DNA of 63,712 bases, counting the filler, from Octopus bimaculoides (taxonomy: Eukaryota): assembly GCF_001194135.2 (NCBI RefSeq). It is 11 parts of 10 records of this genome, joined end to end, with 100 filler letters (N's around TTAATTAATTAA, not from the genome) between each part and the next. Parts side by side here need not be neighbours in the genome. Positions count along the whole stretch, not along the records: positions 5,058 to 26,431 come from NC_068991.1; positions 26,532 to 30,669 come from NC_068994.1; positions 30,770 to 37,366 come from NW_026392067.1; 8 more parts are not named here. One strand, written 5' to 3'. Positions 23,300 to 35,820 of the stretch are shown one piece after another (positions within the stretch are counted from its first letter, which is position 1; each line of letters opens with the position of its first letter). Position numbers and translations under genes: made by a program. The notes below the pieces were generated by a model. The model ran no database searches, was not told the DNA's origin, and saw only the letters and a list, made by a program, of their open reading frames with translations.

Positions 23300-24540
23300 A
23301 TGATTTTTTATCATACCTAATACGCCAACTATAATTGGAATTGCTTCTGTTTTTAGGCTCCAGATTCGAGTTACCTTTATCTCCAGGTCTTTGTATTTTG
23401 AAAGTTTCTCCATTTTTTTTAGAGAAACGTTGTCATCTGCTGGTATTGATACATCAATTAGAAAGCATTTTTTTCTTCATCATCTGTGACAACTATATCT
23501 GGCATATTGGCCTTAATTTCTCTATCTGTGTGTATTGGCATATCCCATAATATGGTTGCTCTCTCGTTTTCTGTGACCTTTTCTGGCGTGTGTTTATACC
23601 ATCTTTTTTCTGTTGTTATTCCATAGTGTTGGCATAGCTTCCAGTGTATATAGGTCCCAGCTCTGTCGTGTTTGTGAATATATTCCTTCTTAGCCAGGAC
23701 TGGGCAGCCAGAGATAATATGATTTATTGTTTCTTGTCCATCTCCACATATTCTGCAATTACTTGTTATGTTTCTTTTCATTATAGGTTTTTGGTAATTT
23801 CTGGTGGGGTGGCTTTGGTCTTGTGCTGCAATTAAAAATCCTTCAGCCTCTGCTTTGAGTCCTTAGCTTCTCAACAATTGCTGGTATTTTCCTTTGTCTA
23901 TTTCTTTTGCATTTAGTTTAGCCCAGTATTTGCTATGAAGGGGTTTTTCTTGCCATCGTTTTATCATGGTCCGTTGCTGTTCTAGTTTTAGTTTGGATTT
24001 CATTTGTTTTATAGCTTCTTCTTCTTCTTCTTCTTCTTCTTCTTCTTCTTTTTCTTCTTCTTCTTCTTCTTCTTCTTCTTCTTCTTTGTTAGGTAATATG
24101 ACTTGTTTGTATTTGTCTGTGTTTTGTGACTATTTGTATTAGTTTTCCTTGCTTCTGAAGAAAGTATTTTTGCAGTCCTATGGTGGTTATTTTATAATAG
24201 TTTTCCAGCTGTATGAGACCCCTGCCACTTTCTGTACGTTGTATATATAGCCTTTTTATGTCAGGGTTTGGGTGGTGCATCCTAGATCCTGTCGTTATTT
24301 TTCTTGTTTCCCTGTCTATTTTGGTTAGTTCATTTAGTGTCCAGTTAAGGATATTGTAGCTGTAACTTATAACTGGGACGGCTAAAGTGTTAATACCTAT
24401 TATCTTGTTTTTAGCATTAAGCTCTGTTTTCAGTATTGATCTAACTCGTCTATAGTATTCTTTCTTTATTTTCTCTTTCATTTGTGTGTTGTATCGTATC
24501 TAGTTCAATGATTCCTAAATATGTGTATGTCTGGCTTTGG
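23300..24540 (-). mobile_element. R4/Dong-like LINE fragment (thumb, CCHC, REL), interrupted by (GAA)n at ~24015-24085
   Basis: KKEYYRRVRSILKTELNAKNK..LAVPVISYS..MHHPNPDIKRLY..GRGL; CRICGDGQETINHIISGCPVLAKKEY..HD; ILWDMPIHTDREIKANMPDIVV. Confidence 0.88.
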
Positions 24541-24548
24541 TATAATTC

Positions 24549-24644
<96 letters not shown>

Positions 24645-25011
24645 NNNNNNNNNNNNNNNNNNNNNNNNNNNNNNNNNNNNNNNNNNNNNNNNNNNNNNNN
24701 NNNNNNNNNNNNNNNNNNNNNNNNNNNNNNNNNNNNNNNNNNNNNNNNNNNNNNNNNNNNNNNNNNNNNNNNNNNNNNNNNNNNNNNNNNNNNNNNNNNN
24801 NNNNNNNNNNNNNNNNNNNNNNNNNNNNNNNNNNNNNNNNNNNNNNNNNNNNNNNNNNNNNNNNNNNNNNNNNNNNNNNNNNNNNNNTCAATCCTTTCTA
24901 TATAAACGAAAATGAAGTAGATTGACAAATTTATTTTTTGAACCAGTGGAAGACACGCAAGATGTCGAAATATTGTTCACGAGATAGCAAATGGCACTCT
25001 TTTAATTTTGA

Positions 25012-25068
<57 letters not shown>

Positions 25069-25373
25069 CATTATTAAAGTGAATAAATTGGCTTCAATGC
25101 AGAAGTGCACCCACATCGAATTTGGATCTACACAAACTCATTCAATTTAGATTTGTTACACCAACTAAAAGTTCATTTTGTATTATAGAAATACAACTGC
25201 GAATTCTATATCACTCATTCCATCTACTCCAGGGTGATGCAAAGCAAAGATTACTCTGGTGAGAATTACGTGAAGACCGTAGTAAATTACTGTAAGACTC
25301 AAAATATACGTTATTTTTTCTGTTACGCTATCTCTTTCATACATCCATAATGTTGATAAGATCGTCTTTTTAC

Positions 25374-25508
25374 CTTTCCGCTATCGCCATATAAGATGCA
25401 GCAGTAACGATTTCCAGCAAAGCCATCACACTATAGCTGATGTAGATACTGCCAATGAGAACTTCTGCCATTAGTAAAACACCGTTCAAGGATGCTGTAT
25501 TCACAACC
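25374..25508 (-). CDS. SLC22: SLC22 transporter exon (TM7-TM8)
   Basis: tttttgtttgttacag| ... AAG|gtaaaa; 135 nt; only one open frame, (W)VVNTASLNGVLLMAEVLIGSIYISYSVMALLEIVTAASYMAIAE(R), which aligns without gaps to the SLC22 pattern WFVN...YYGL.L....L.G.IY.....SGLVEIPA......DR. Confidence 0.88.
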
Positions 25509-26072
25509 CTGTAACAAACAAAAATATATTTGAACTTACTCGCTAAAACTCACAAGAGCAGTGGGGGTAACAGCATAACCAAACCCATTTCTGATACATA
25601 TCCCGGATCACGAATGCTAATTACTTGTCCGTTTCTCACACAAAAACATGAGTTAAATAAATATTCTTATTTTTAATACACAGAAACAGGAACACGAGCA
25701 CGCACACACACAGAAGATTTCTCCAATCACATGTTTTTGCAATCAGCTAAAATATTATGATGGTAATTCATGATTGATGAACTGACTCAATTGAGATTGG
25801 ATCGTTATATTATAGAGATGGATAAAATAATTTAAACTGACAATATATGATAAAATGCATGTAAGAGGACAAATATTTACATGGCTTCTTATTACATTAT
25901 TTTCTCCTCACATGACCAATAATCACTAGACAAAAATTAACTCTCATAGTATCATGTCTTGTGTTCTTCCAAAATACACAATATTGGTTATAATCAAATA
26001 CTGGAACAGAATATAAGTTACTTCAACAAAAGTAACATCACCGATTATTCTGCTAGTAGGTGAACGGTAACT

Positions 26073-26230
26073 GTAGGTGTGGCTGTGTGGTAAGAAGTGT
26101 GCTTCACAGCCATACGTAGTTCCGGGTTCAGTCCCACTTCGGGCACCTTGGGTCTGTGTCTTCTACTATGTTTCTGAACCAAACAAAGCCTTGTGAATAG
26201 ATTTAGTCGATGGAAGCTGAAAGATTCGCA
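26073..26230 (+). mobile_element. SINE family A, 5' half
   Basis: A-box-like tggctgtgtggt, B-box-like gggttcagtccc, then ggcaccttggg. Confidence 0.8.
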
Positions 26231-26249
26231 TCGGGTTTTAGCCACTAAG

Positions 26250-26410
26250 CCTTTTTTCTATTTTCTCTCCTTGTTTATTTCTATGTTCCTTTTTGTCGAA
26301 GAGCGTAGGCTCGAAACGTAAAAGACTTTCTCACTCTCCGAGCGTTAAACCAATGCATCTGTTTGTTGTTTACACACCCGTCTTCGTCATTTGCTTTTTT
26401 TTTTGTAAAT
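26250..26410 (+). mobile_element. Short PLE-derived terminal-repeat element carrying hammerhead family B (26289-26324)
   Basis: CTTT-TTGTCGA-A-GAGC GTAG GCTC-GAAAC-GTA-AAAG; homologous to 10960-11110 and 62810-62940. Confidence 0.75.
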
Positions 26411-26685
26411 TATCACTATATATATATATATNNNNNNNNNNNNNNNNNNNNNNNNNNNNNNNNNNNNNNNNNNNNTTAATTAATTAANNNNNNNNNNNNN
26501 NNNNNNNNNNNNNNNNNNNNNNNNNNNNNNNTTTGCCTTGGATAAAAAAAAAAAAAATTTTTTAAATATCAGTCATGTACAGAGGGTTGATTGATATCGA
26601 TTAACCCCCTCCCCTTCTTCCCTTCCCCAAGTTTCAGGCCTTGTGTCAAAACTAGAAAGAATTATTATTATTTTTATCAACATCG

Positions 26686-26760
<75 letters not shown>

Positions 26761-27035
26761 AGATCAAGATCAATAGTCATTATTAGAGAACATTTATACA
26801 TGTAAATGTGTGTGTATACGCATACAATGGATGAAATTTGAGAAAAGAAAAACTGCAGTATATACGATAATATTTGTGTATATAAGTATCTGTACATGCA
26901 TATACACTGGCTTATATAAATATATGTATATACACACACATACATGCATGTATGTGTGTGTGTGTGTGTATATATGTATAGTTATAAAAACATTTGCACA
27001 TAACGTGTTTGTTCATGTGCATGTGTGTATGTATG

Positions 27036-27067
<32 letters not shown>

Positions 27068-27199
27068 ATATAATTCTATGATGTCTGTGTATAATATGTA
27101 TGTATACTGGAAGCCAAACATGCTTGTAAAAACAATTTCAAGTTTGCAACAATCTTGTAGAAATATTATTCTTAAAGTAAAACAAATTATATCCACTCT

Positions 27200-27233
<34 letters not shown>

Positions 27234-28025
27234 TNNNNNNNNNNNNNNNNNNNNNNNNNNNNNNNNNNNNNNNNNNNNNNNNNNNNNNNNNNNNNNNNNN
27301 NNNNNNNNNNNNNNNNNNNNNNNNNNNNNNNNNNNNNNNNNNNNNNNNNNNNNNNNNNNNNNNNNNNNNNNNNNNNNNNNNNNNNNNNNNNNNNNNNNNN
27401 NNNNNNNNNNNNNNNNNNNNNNNNNNNNNNNNNNNNNNNNNNNNNNNNNNNNNNNNNNNNNNNNNNNNNNNNNNNNNNNNNNNNNNNNNNNNNNNNNNNN
27501 NNNNNNNNNNNNNNNNNNNNNNNNNNNNNNNNNNNNNNNNNNNNNNNNNNNNNNNNNNNNNNNNNNNNNNNNNNNNNNNNNNNNNNNNNNNNNNNNNNNN
27601 NNNNNNNNNNNNNNNNNNNNNNNNNNNNNNNNNNNNNNNNNNNNNNNNNNNNNNNNNNNNNNNNNNNNNNNNNNNNNNNNNNNNNNNNNNNNNNNNNNNN
27701 NNNNNNNNNNNNNNNNNNNNNNNNNNNNNNNNNNNNNNNNNNNNNNNNNNNNNNNNNNNNNNNNNNNNNNNNNNNNNNNNNNNNNNNNNNNNNNNNNNNN
27801 NNNNNNNNNNNNNNNNNNNNNNNNNNNNNNNNNNNNNNNNNNNNNNNNNNNNNNNNNNNNNNNNNNNNNNNNNNNNNNNNNNNNGTATACACATTTGTAT
27901 ACGTACATATATGTATGTATTTGTATATATTATGTGTATATATATATATTTGCATATATATATTATATATGTATATATATATGTATATATGTAATACATA
28001 TATATTTTTTCTTTCATTGTTTTTA

Positions 28026-28086
<61 letters not shown>

Positions 28087-28151
28087 TTTCCTCCTTCCTT
28101 GTCTTCAGTTTCACCTTAACCCTCCATAGTAAGCTACATTGGTAATTTATA

Positions 28152-28188
<37 letters not shown>

Positions 28189-28441
28189 GTTATTATTTAT
28201 TTTTCTAGTCCTTATCTTTGTTCCACCACATCCCAGCACTGCGTCTTGCATTCTCTAGTAATATATAATATACATATATGTATATATATGTGTATATATA
28301 TATATATATATACATATGTACACACACACATGCGACTCGAACAACCAACACTACCACTACTACTACTACTAACACTGTTACTATTCTACAAAGGACAAAT
28401 AATAAATAGTTTATGAGGTTACAATGATGATGATGATGATG

Positions 28442-28496
<55 letters not shown>

Positions 28497-28723
28497 TAAT
28501 CAGAAAACTGACCGGAACCAGAAAAGAGCAACATCAACAACACCACCACCACCACACCACCACCACCACCATCACCACCACTACCAGCAACAGCAGCAGC
28601 AGCAGCAGTGACTGCAAGAGAATGATAACAATAATAAATTATGCTAATTATGATAATAATAATGATAATAAAAATTGATAATTATAATGGTAATTGATAA
28701 TGATAATAATAATAATAATAATG

Positions 28724-28757
<34 letters not shown>

Positions 28758-28992
28758 CGATGATAATTATTATTAAAAAACAAAAGGTCCAAATTATTGT
28801 TATATTTTTCACATAAATGGGAGATTCAAATAAAAAGATTCTATGAATTGTATTTGTATTGTTTCCTTTTGACATTTTGTTGTTGTTGTTGTTGTTTAGG
28901 GGTGGGTGATGTGGATGTGTGTGAACTAGTTTGCTGGTTGCAAAACCAGTGATCGGATGACCCTGATTTTTTGTTATATATATATAGGGACA

Positions 28993-29165
28993 TAGGCGCG
29001 GGAGTGGCTGTGTTGCAAGTAGCTTGCTTTCCAACCACATGGTTCCGGGTTCAGTACCACTGTGTGGCACCTTGGGCAAGTGTCTTCTACTATAGCCTTG
29101 GGCCGACCAAAGCCTTGTGAGTGGATTTGGTAGACGGAAACTGGAAGAAGCCCGTCATATATATG
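28993..29165 (+). mobile_element. SINE family A, 5' half (CORE-like segment)
   Basis: ggcgcgggagtggctgtg...gggttcagtacc...ggcaccttgggcaagtgtcttc...gacggaaact. Confidence 0.85.
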
Positions 29166-29515
29166 ACGGGCTTTGTACATTACATCGGACTAAGTCTCAG
29201 CTTGACTCAGGACTGTAGCTGAAGACACCTTACTCAGAGTGGCCAAATCTGAAACCACGAAGTTGAGAAGCACAACAAAATTCTTCACACTTTCAGATCA
29301 CCCCACCCCCACCCCACCAAGGTATTGGTCAAATGGTCAACCTAGTGCTATAGAAAGCACTCACATTCATACTATGACAATATGTGAAACAAGAATGCAC
29401 TGAAAATGTTATCAATAACACAGCTGCTCAAATACATTCATTTCTAACATTCAATATAACATAGTTGTAATATAATAGACACAAACTTTATTCAGATTTC
29501 TGTCCACCTAATATA

Positions 29516-29743
29516 CAGGGTGTTCACAAATTCTCTCTGCAGTAAATATTTAATGGTTTCCAGGCGATTCTTCTTCACTGGTCCTTTACTTGATCCCCAG
29601 AAGAAAAAATAGTCTGGTGCTGTAGCTGTAAAATCAGGTGATCTTGGTGATCAAAGTCTCTTCGAAACTCTTGAAGGAGCACCATGGTGATGTGATGGGC
29701 AGGATGAAAAAATTCACTGAAGAGAGACTTTTTGAACACCCTG
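29516..29743 (-). mobile_element. 228-bp internally deleted mariner derivative (DD41D-type MITE)
   Basis: TIRs CAGGGTGTTCA(C/A)AAA(T/G)TCTCT, TA on both sides; internal SPRSPDF..DYFFFWG remnant. Confidence 0.8.
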
Positions 29744-30025
29744 TATATATATAGATATGGGTACAGGACATAAAAAAAACGTTAAACACAATGAGAAAGG
29801 AAAACATAGAAAACGAGCTTTTTTTCGAACGAAAATCACAGAGAAACGAGACATGCAACATAAAGAGTATACCCTTCGTCAGTTGTCCNNNNNNNNNNNN
29901 NNNNNNNNNNNNNNNNNNNNNNNNNNNNNNNNNNNNNNNNNNNNNNNNNNNNNNNNNNNNNNNNNNNNNNNNNNNNNNNNNNNNNNNNAATATATATATA
30001 TATATACACATATATACTATCTCAG

Positions 30026-30056
<31 letters not shown>

Positions 30057-30236
30057 TACGAGTGTGTCGAGCACTCAACACATTTGGTAAGAGTGCATAC
30101 ATAAGAATGTAATAACAGGTCGATTAGGTTCTATGCGACCTAAAGTTTCGTAGGCTTGTCAGACGAATCTAATTCTCAGGCATAGGTGACGGAATATACA
30201 TACAAACATACATACATACATACATACATACATACA

Positions 30237-30269
<33 letters not shown>

Positions 30270-30324
30270 TGATAGGAAGGACAAAAAAAAAATGAGACCT
30301 CGATATTATGTAAATAGAGGAATT

Positions 30325-30526
30325 TATCTGTAAAAATATGTGACACTTATTCGGTAGCCATGATGAAACTCCGAGTTTCGGATGCCGGGTAGGGAACCCA
30401 TGCCAACATCTCTTCAGTTATCCGACCATTGAAATCTCAGGATGTTGGCGTGGGCTCCCACCCCGGCATCCGAAACTCGGAGTTTTATCATGGCTACCGA
30501 ATAAGTGTCACATATTTTTACAGATA
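30325..30526. repeat. Long fold-back (~85-bp arms) containing hammerhead family C on the minus strand (30362-30422)
   Basis: Arms 30325-30410 and ~30441-30526 are near-perfect reverse complements. Minus strand reads GATAA-CTGAAGA-GATGTTGG..CCGGCATC-C-GAAAC TCGGA GTT-TCATC. Confidence 0.8.
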
Positions 30527-30636
30527 TACATACATACATATATATATATAAATATGCACATATACATATACATAGATATATACACACACATATACATATA
30601 CATTTATACATACATATATGTATATATACGTATATA

Positions 30637-30669
<33 letters not shown>

Positions 30670-31009
30670 NNNNNNNNNNNNNNNNNNNNNNNNNNNNNNN
30701 NNNNNNNNNNNNNTTAATTAATTAANNNNNNNNNNNNNNNNNNNNNNNNNNNNNNNNNNNNNNNNNNNNGAAAAGGCAACGGGAACCCCTACCGTTGTGT
30801 CCTTGGCGAGAGAGTTTGAAACCTGCATGACCTTTACGGGTTTAATAACCCCGACAATTCTTATTCTTCAACAATATAAAGCAGTTAAAAAAAAAGAGAA
30901 AGAGAAAAAGAGAAAGAGAAAAAAGAGAATGAAAAATGAGAAAGAGAAAAAGAGAAAGAGAGAAAAGGGAAAGAAAAAACGAGCTAGAATGGATAAAAGA
31001 TAGAAAAAC

Positions 31010-31059
<50 letters not shown>

Positions 31060-31064
31060 TGCTT

Positions 31065-31665
31065 AGGAAACACAAGATTTCAATGTCTTCAGAAAAAAAT
31101 ACTTTGTCAAAGGGATTTAGGATAGTTATGGAAGAGCTGAAAGAATGTATCATAGCAAAAGCCAGTAAACTTTTCAGATATCAGAAAAGAATAGATTAAT
31201 GTCAACAGAACAGATTGTTTGAGACAGATCAGAGGAGATTTTATCGTCGAATAGTGTAGAAGAAAGTCCTGAAGATGAGAAACCTAATGCAGAAGAAGCT
31301 AGAAAGTTCTGGAGTAATATTGGGGATAAACCAGTTAATCATAATAGAGATGCGGCATGGTTAAAGAAAGTAAAAGAAATAGCAGTTAGTGAGAAGCGGC
31401 TAGGTTTAAAACTATTTAATGTATTAATGAGTAAATTGTTTGGAAGAATGTCAGATTAGAAGGGTCTAAGACCGGGTTTAGCTCAAAGGTACTGGTTAAA
31501 GCAATTTAGTCGCTTACAAGGGAGGCTGAAGGAGCAACTTCAGGATTGCCTGAATGGAGGAGTCATATCTAATTGGAAAACTGTAGGGAGAACAGTGCTC
31601 CTTATAAAAGACAAAAGCAAGAACAATATAGCTAGCATTTATAGACTAATCACTTGCTTACAATT
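31065..31665 (+). mobile_element. R4/Dong-like LINE, RT N-terminal fragment
   Basis: EELKECIIAKASKLFRY, QNRLFETDQRRFY, EARKFWSNI, YWLKQF, GRTVLLIKDK..YRLITCL; preceded by (TAA)n. Confidence 0.8.
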
Positions 31666-31699
31666 ATTCAACAAAAACAATAACAATATTTAACAAAAG

Positions 31700-31858
31700 C
31701 ATCTTTAAATGACGGTCTGACCGTCTATCAAGCAAATGGGAAGCAGTGATTGAAGTAGATGGTGATCATGCTCCGGAATAATCATTTAAAGATGTTTTTG
31801 CTACATGTTATTGCTTTTGTTGAATAAAAGCCGCAATAATTATGCACCGATGCAATAT
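31700..31858 (+). mobile_element. Mariner 3' end remnant with terminal inverted repeat
   Basis: DRLSSKWEAVIEVDGDH* (cf. L..RW..VI...G.Y); TIR-like cgcaataattatgcaccgatgcaata followed by TA. Confidence 0.6.
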
Positions 31859-32565
31859 ANNNNNNNNNNNNNNNNNNNNNNNNNNNNNNNNNNNNNNNNN
31901 NNNNNNNNNNNNNNNNNNNNNNNNNNNNNNNNNNNNNNNNNNNNNNNNNNNNNNNNNNNNNNNNNNNNNNNNNNNNNNNNNNNNNNNNNNNNNNNNNNNN
32001 NNNNNNNNNNNNNNNNNNNNNNNNNNNNNNNNNNNNNNNNNNNNNNNNNNNNNNNNNNNNNNNNNNNNNNNNNNNNNNNNNNNNNNNNNNNNNNNNNNNN
32101 NNNNNNNNNNNNNNNNNNNNNNNNNNNNNNNNNNNNNNNNNNNNNNNNNNNNNNNNNNNNNNNNNNNNNNNNNNNNNNNNNNNNNNNNNNNNNNNNNNNN
32201 NNNNNNNNNNNNNNNNNNNNNNNNNNNNNNNNNNNNNNNNNNNNNNNNNNNNNNNNNNNNNNNNNNNNNNNNNNNNNNNNNNNNNNNNNNNNNNNNNNNN
32301 NNNNNNNNNNNNNNNNNNNNNNNNNNNNNNNNNNNNNNNNNNNNNNNNNNNNNNNNNNNNNNNNNNNNNNNNNNNNNNNNNNNNNNNNNNNNNNNNNNNN
32401 NNNNNNNNNNNNNNNNNNNNNNNNNNNNNNNNNNNNNNNNNNNNNNNNNNNNNNNNNNNNNNNNNNNNNNNNNNNNNNNNNNNNNNNNNNNNNNNNNNNN
32501 NNNNNNNNNNNNNNNNNNNNNNNNNNNNNNNNNNNNNNNNNNNNNNNNNNNNNNNNNNNNNNNNN

Positions 32566-32609
<44 letters not shown>

Positions 32610-32931
32610 GAACTGAAGACAAGGTCGAGTTTGATACTCTCTAGTAACATACCTTCGCTTTATAAAAAGTCGGTTCAACTCCGTATCGGTCGTCTGATAC
32701 AGCTTATCCAACTCTATAAAATGTTCGAACGTGAGGCAGCTACAAGATTTATCTGCCAATCCTTCCCGACAAATGTTCATGAAAAATAAACTTGGACACA
32801 CTTTAAGATTTTTGATAAAGTTCATAACACACTGCAAAGCTTGGTTTTGGTGAAAACATGTATGTTTCTCTTTTTCGCCCTCACTCTCACTCAATCATTC
32901 TGCTCTTTGCCGATTCTACATCTAAATATGT

Positions 32932-32969
<38 letters not shown>

Positions 32970-33617
32970 GGTATTCAAATTTATCTATAAATATAATATA
33001 TATATATGTATATATACACACACATATATATATATATATATTTATACTTAATAGATATCGATATATTTTATATATATCTTATATATAATATATATATATA
33101 CGCATATATATACACATATATATAGATATTAAAATGTATATCTGTGTGTATTTTGTTTTGTTTTGTTTTCTTTGTGGCGCCGATTGTGTTTCGAAGAGCT
33201 TTTTAAACACTGTTTTCATATGAAGAAAGTTCTTCCAAGTTTTCTTTCTCTAGAAAGAATCTTATTTTTCAATATACGCATGCGCATTTAACCATATTAT
33301 ATCCCAGCTACATATATGCTTACAGACACACACACACACAAACACGTATGTATACATGTTATAGACACTATGACGTTTTAACAGATGTCATAACATTTTC
33401 TCCATTTTGTTTTATGACGTAAGTACAAAATGGACGTTGGTTCTCATTTAACGAGGAGACAAGACGGAAAATAAAGCTACGTTTGTGTTCTTTCTTTCTT
33501 TCTTTCTTTCTTTCTTTNNNNNNNNNNNNNNNNNNNNNNNNNNNNNNNNNNNNNNNNNNNNNNTTCTTATTTTTCTTCTTCTTCTTCTTCTTCTTCTTCT
33601 TCGTCTTTCCTTTTTCC

Positions 33618-33810
33618 TTGTTTCAGTCATTTGACTGCGGCCATGTTGGAGCACTACCTTAAAGGGGTTTTACTCGAACATATCGACCCCAGGACTTATT
33701 CGTTGTAGTACTTATTCTATCTGTCTCTTTCGTCGAACCGCTAAGTTACGGGCGCATAAACACACCAGCATCAGTTGTGAAGCGATGGCATAGGTGGGGA
33801 CAAACACACA
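33618..33810 (-). mobile_element. SINE family A, 3' half
   Basis: Reverse complement of the family A tail (ttgtttcagtcatttgactgcggccatg...). Confidence 0.8.
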
Positions 33811-33824
33811 CATATATGTGTGTG

Positions 33825-33861
<37 letters not shown>

Positions 33862-34016
33862 CTGCGATGGACTGGCGTCCCATCCAGCTGGGGAACACAT
33901 AAGCCATTGAAACCGAGAAAATGGGCCCATGAGCCTGGCTAGGCTTTAAAAGGGCGCAAAGAAAAAAAGATATATATATATATATACATACGTACATACA
34001 TACATACATACAAACA

Positions 34017-34065
<49 letters not shown>

Positions 34066-34930
34066 GTATATACATACNNNNNNNNNNNNNNNNNNNNNNN
34101 NNNNNNNNNNNNNNNNNNNNNNNNNNNNNNNNNNNNNNNNNNNNNNNNNNNNNNNNNNNNNNNNNNNNNNNNNNNNNNNNNNNNNNNNNNNNNNNNNNNN
34201 NNNNNNNNNNNNNNNNNNNNNNNNNNNNNNNNNNNNNNNNNNNNNNNNNNNNNNNNNNNNNNNNNNNNNNNNNNNNNNNNNNNNNNNNNNNNNNNNNNNN
34301 NNNNNNNNNNNNNNNNNNNNNNNNNNNNNNNNNNNNNNNNNNNNNNNNNNNNNNNNNNNNNNNNNNNNNNNNNNNNNNNNNNNNNNNNNNNNNNNNNNNN
34401 NNNNNNNNNNNNNNNNNNNNNNNNNNNNNNNNNNNNNNNNNNNNNNNNNNNNNNNNNNNNNNNNNNNNNNNNNNNNNNNNNNNNNNNNNNNNNNNNNNNN
34501 NNNNNNNNNNNNNNNNNNNNNNNNNNNNNNNNNNNNNNNNNNNNNNNNNNNNNNNNNNNNNNNNNNNNNNNNNNNNNNNNNNNNNNNNNNNNNNNNNNNN
34601 NNNNNNNNNNNNNNNNNNNNNNNNAAAGCATTCACATTCATTTCGACAGCGGAATTCCCAGCAAACGTCGGTCGTTGTCGCGTTTAGACTGCAGCAGCGG
34701 CGTCGGCGTAGCCGGAGACAATGGAGGAGGCGAGTACGACACGACGATGAAGATGCGGGCGGCGACAGCGGCGCCGACACACAAAAACAGGTCGTCGACG
34801 ACGGCAAAGACAACGAGAACGACAGCGACGGCGAAAGAGGCGACGACGGAGACGACAGTGACAAAAGCAATGATAAAAGCAACAGGGACGCGCTGCCGTC
34901 GCCGCCGCCGACGACGACGACGAGATAAAG

Positions 34931-35820
34931 TTTAGGGTTAGTGAAAGGGTTAGTGTCAGGTTTAGGATTAGGCTTAGTGTTAGGGTTAGGGATTAAAAAT
35001 TAATGCTTTGAGGGTTAAGGGTTACAATTTAAAGATGAGTTACGATTAGGCTTAGGTTTAGCGTTTAAGATAGGATTAAGGTTGGGGTAAGGGTTGGAAT
35101 TAGAGTTGCGGTTAGGCTACGGTTGGGGTGGGATTAGGATTAGGATTGGAGTGGGATTAGGATTTGGGTTGGTGTTGGATTAAGATTAGGATTGGAGTGA
35201 AATTAGGATTAGGGTTGGGGTGCGATTAGGATTGGAATGGGATTAGGATTAGGGTTGGAGTGAGATTAGGATTAGGGTTGGGGTGGAATTAGGATTAGGG
35301 TTGGGGTGGGATTAGGATTAAGGTTGAGGTGGGATTAGGATTAGGGTTGGGGTTAAAAGTAGAGTTAGAGTAAGAATTAGTGTTAGGGTTAAAGATAGGT
35401 TAGGTTTAAAGAGTTAAAAAGTTAGGGTAGTGGATAAAATTGGTGGTGGGGTTGCGGAGAGGATCGAGCTTCGGATGGGGTTGGATTCAGGTTAGACAAG
35501 TGCAGGGGTTACGCTTCGAGGTAGGGTCAAGTTTAGGGTTATAATTAAGGCTAAGGCAAATTTTGGACTTAGGAGTCGCTGGGGTATTGGGGTGAAGGTT
35601 GGTGTTTGGATAAAGCTTGTGGTTTCTGTAGAAGTTAAGGTTAAACTTAGATATAAGGGTTGAGATTAATTTATTTGTTAAAATTAAGGAAAGGTGAGTG
35701 TTACAGTTTGAGATAGAGATAAGATCAGGTTTAGGGTTGGGATTAGGGATAGCGTTTGGTTTGGAGATGGGGTTAGGGTTAGGGATTGGTTTAGGGAATG
35801 GGTTTTAAGATAATGGTTAG
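34931..35820 (+). repeat. Degenerate interstitial telomere-like tract (TTAGGG/GATTAG/GGTTGG variants)
   Basis: About 890 bp, G-rich on one strand; ~23-bp higher-order unit gggattaggattagggttggggt around 35190-35352. Confidence 0.8.

Noticed and set aside
30130-30170. Minus-strand CTGACAA-GCCTAC-GAAAC..GTC
   Set aside because: G8 is absent, stem II is 1 bp and stem I only 2 bp; compatible with chance.
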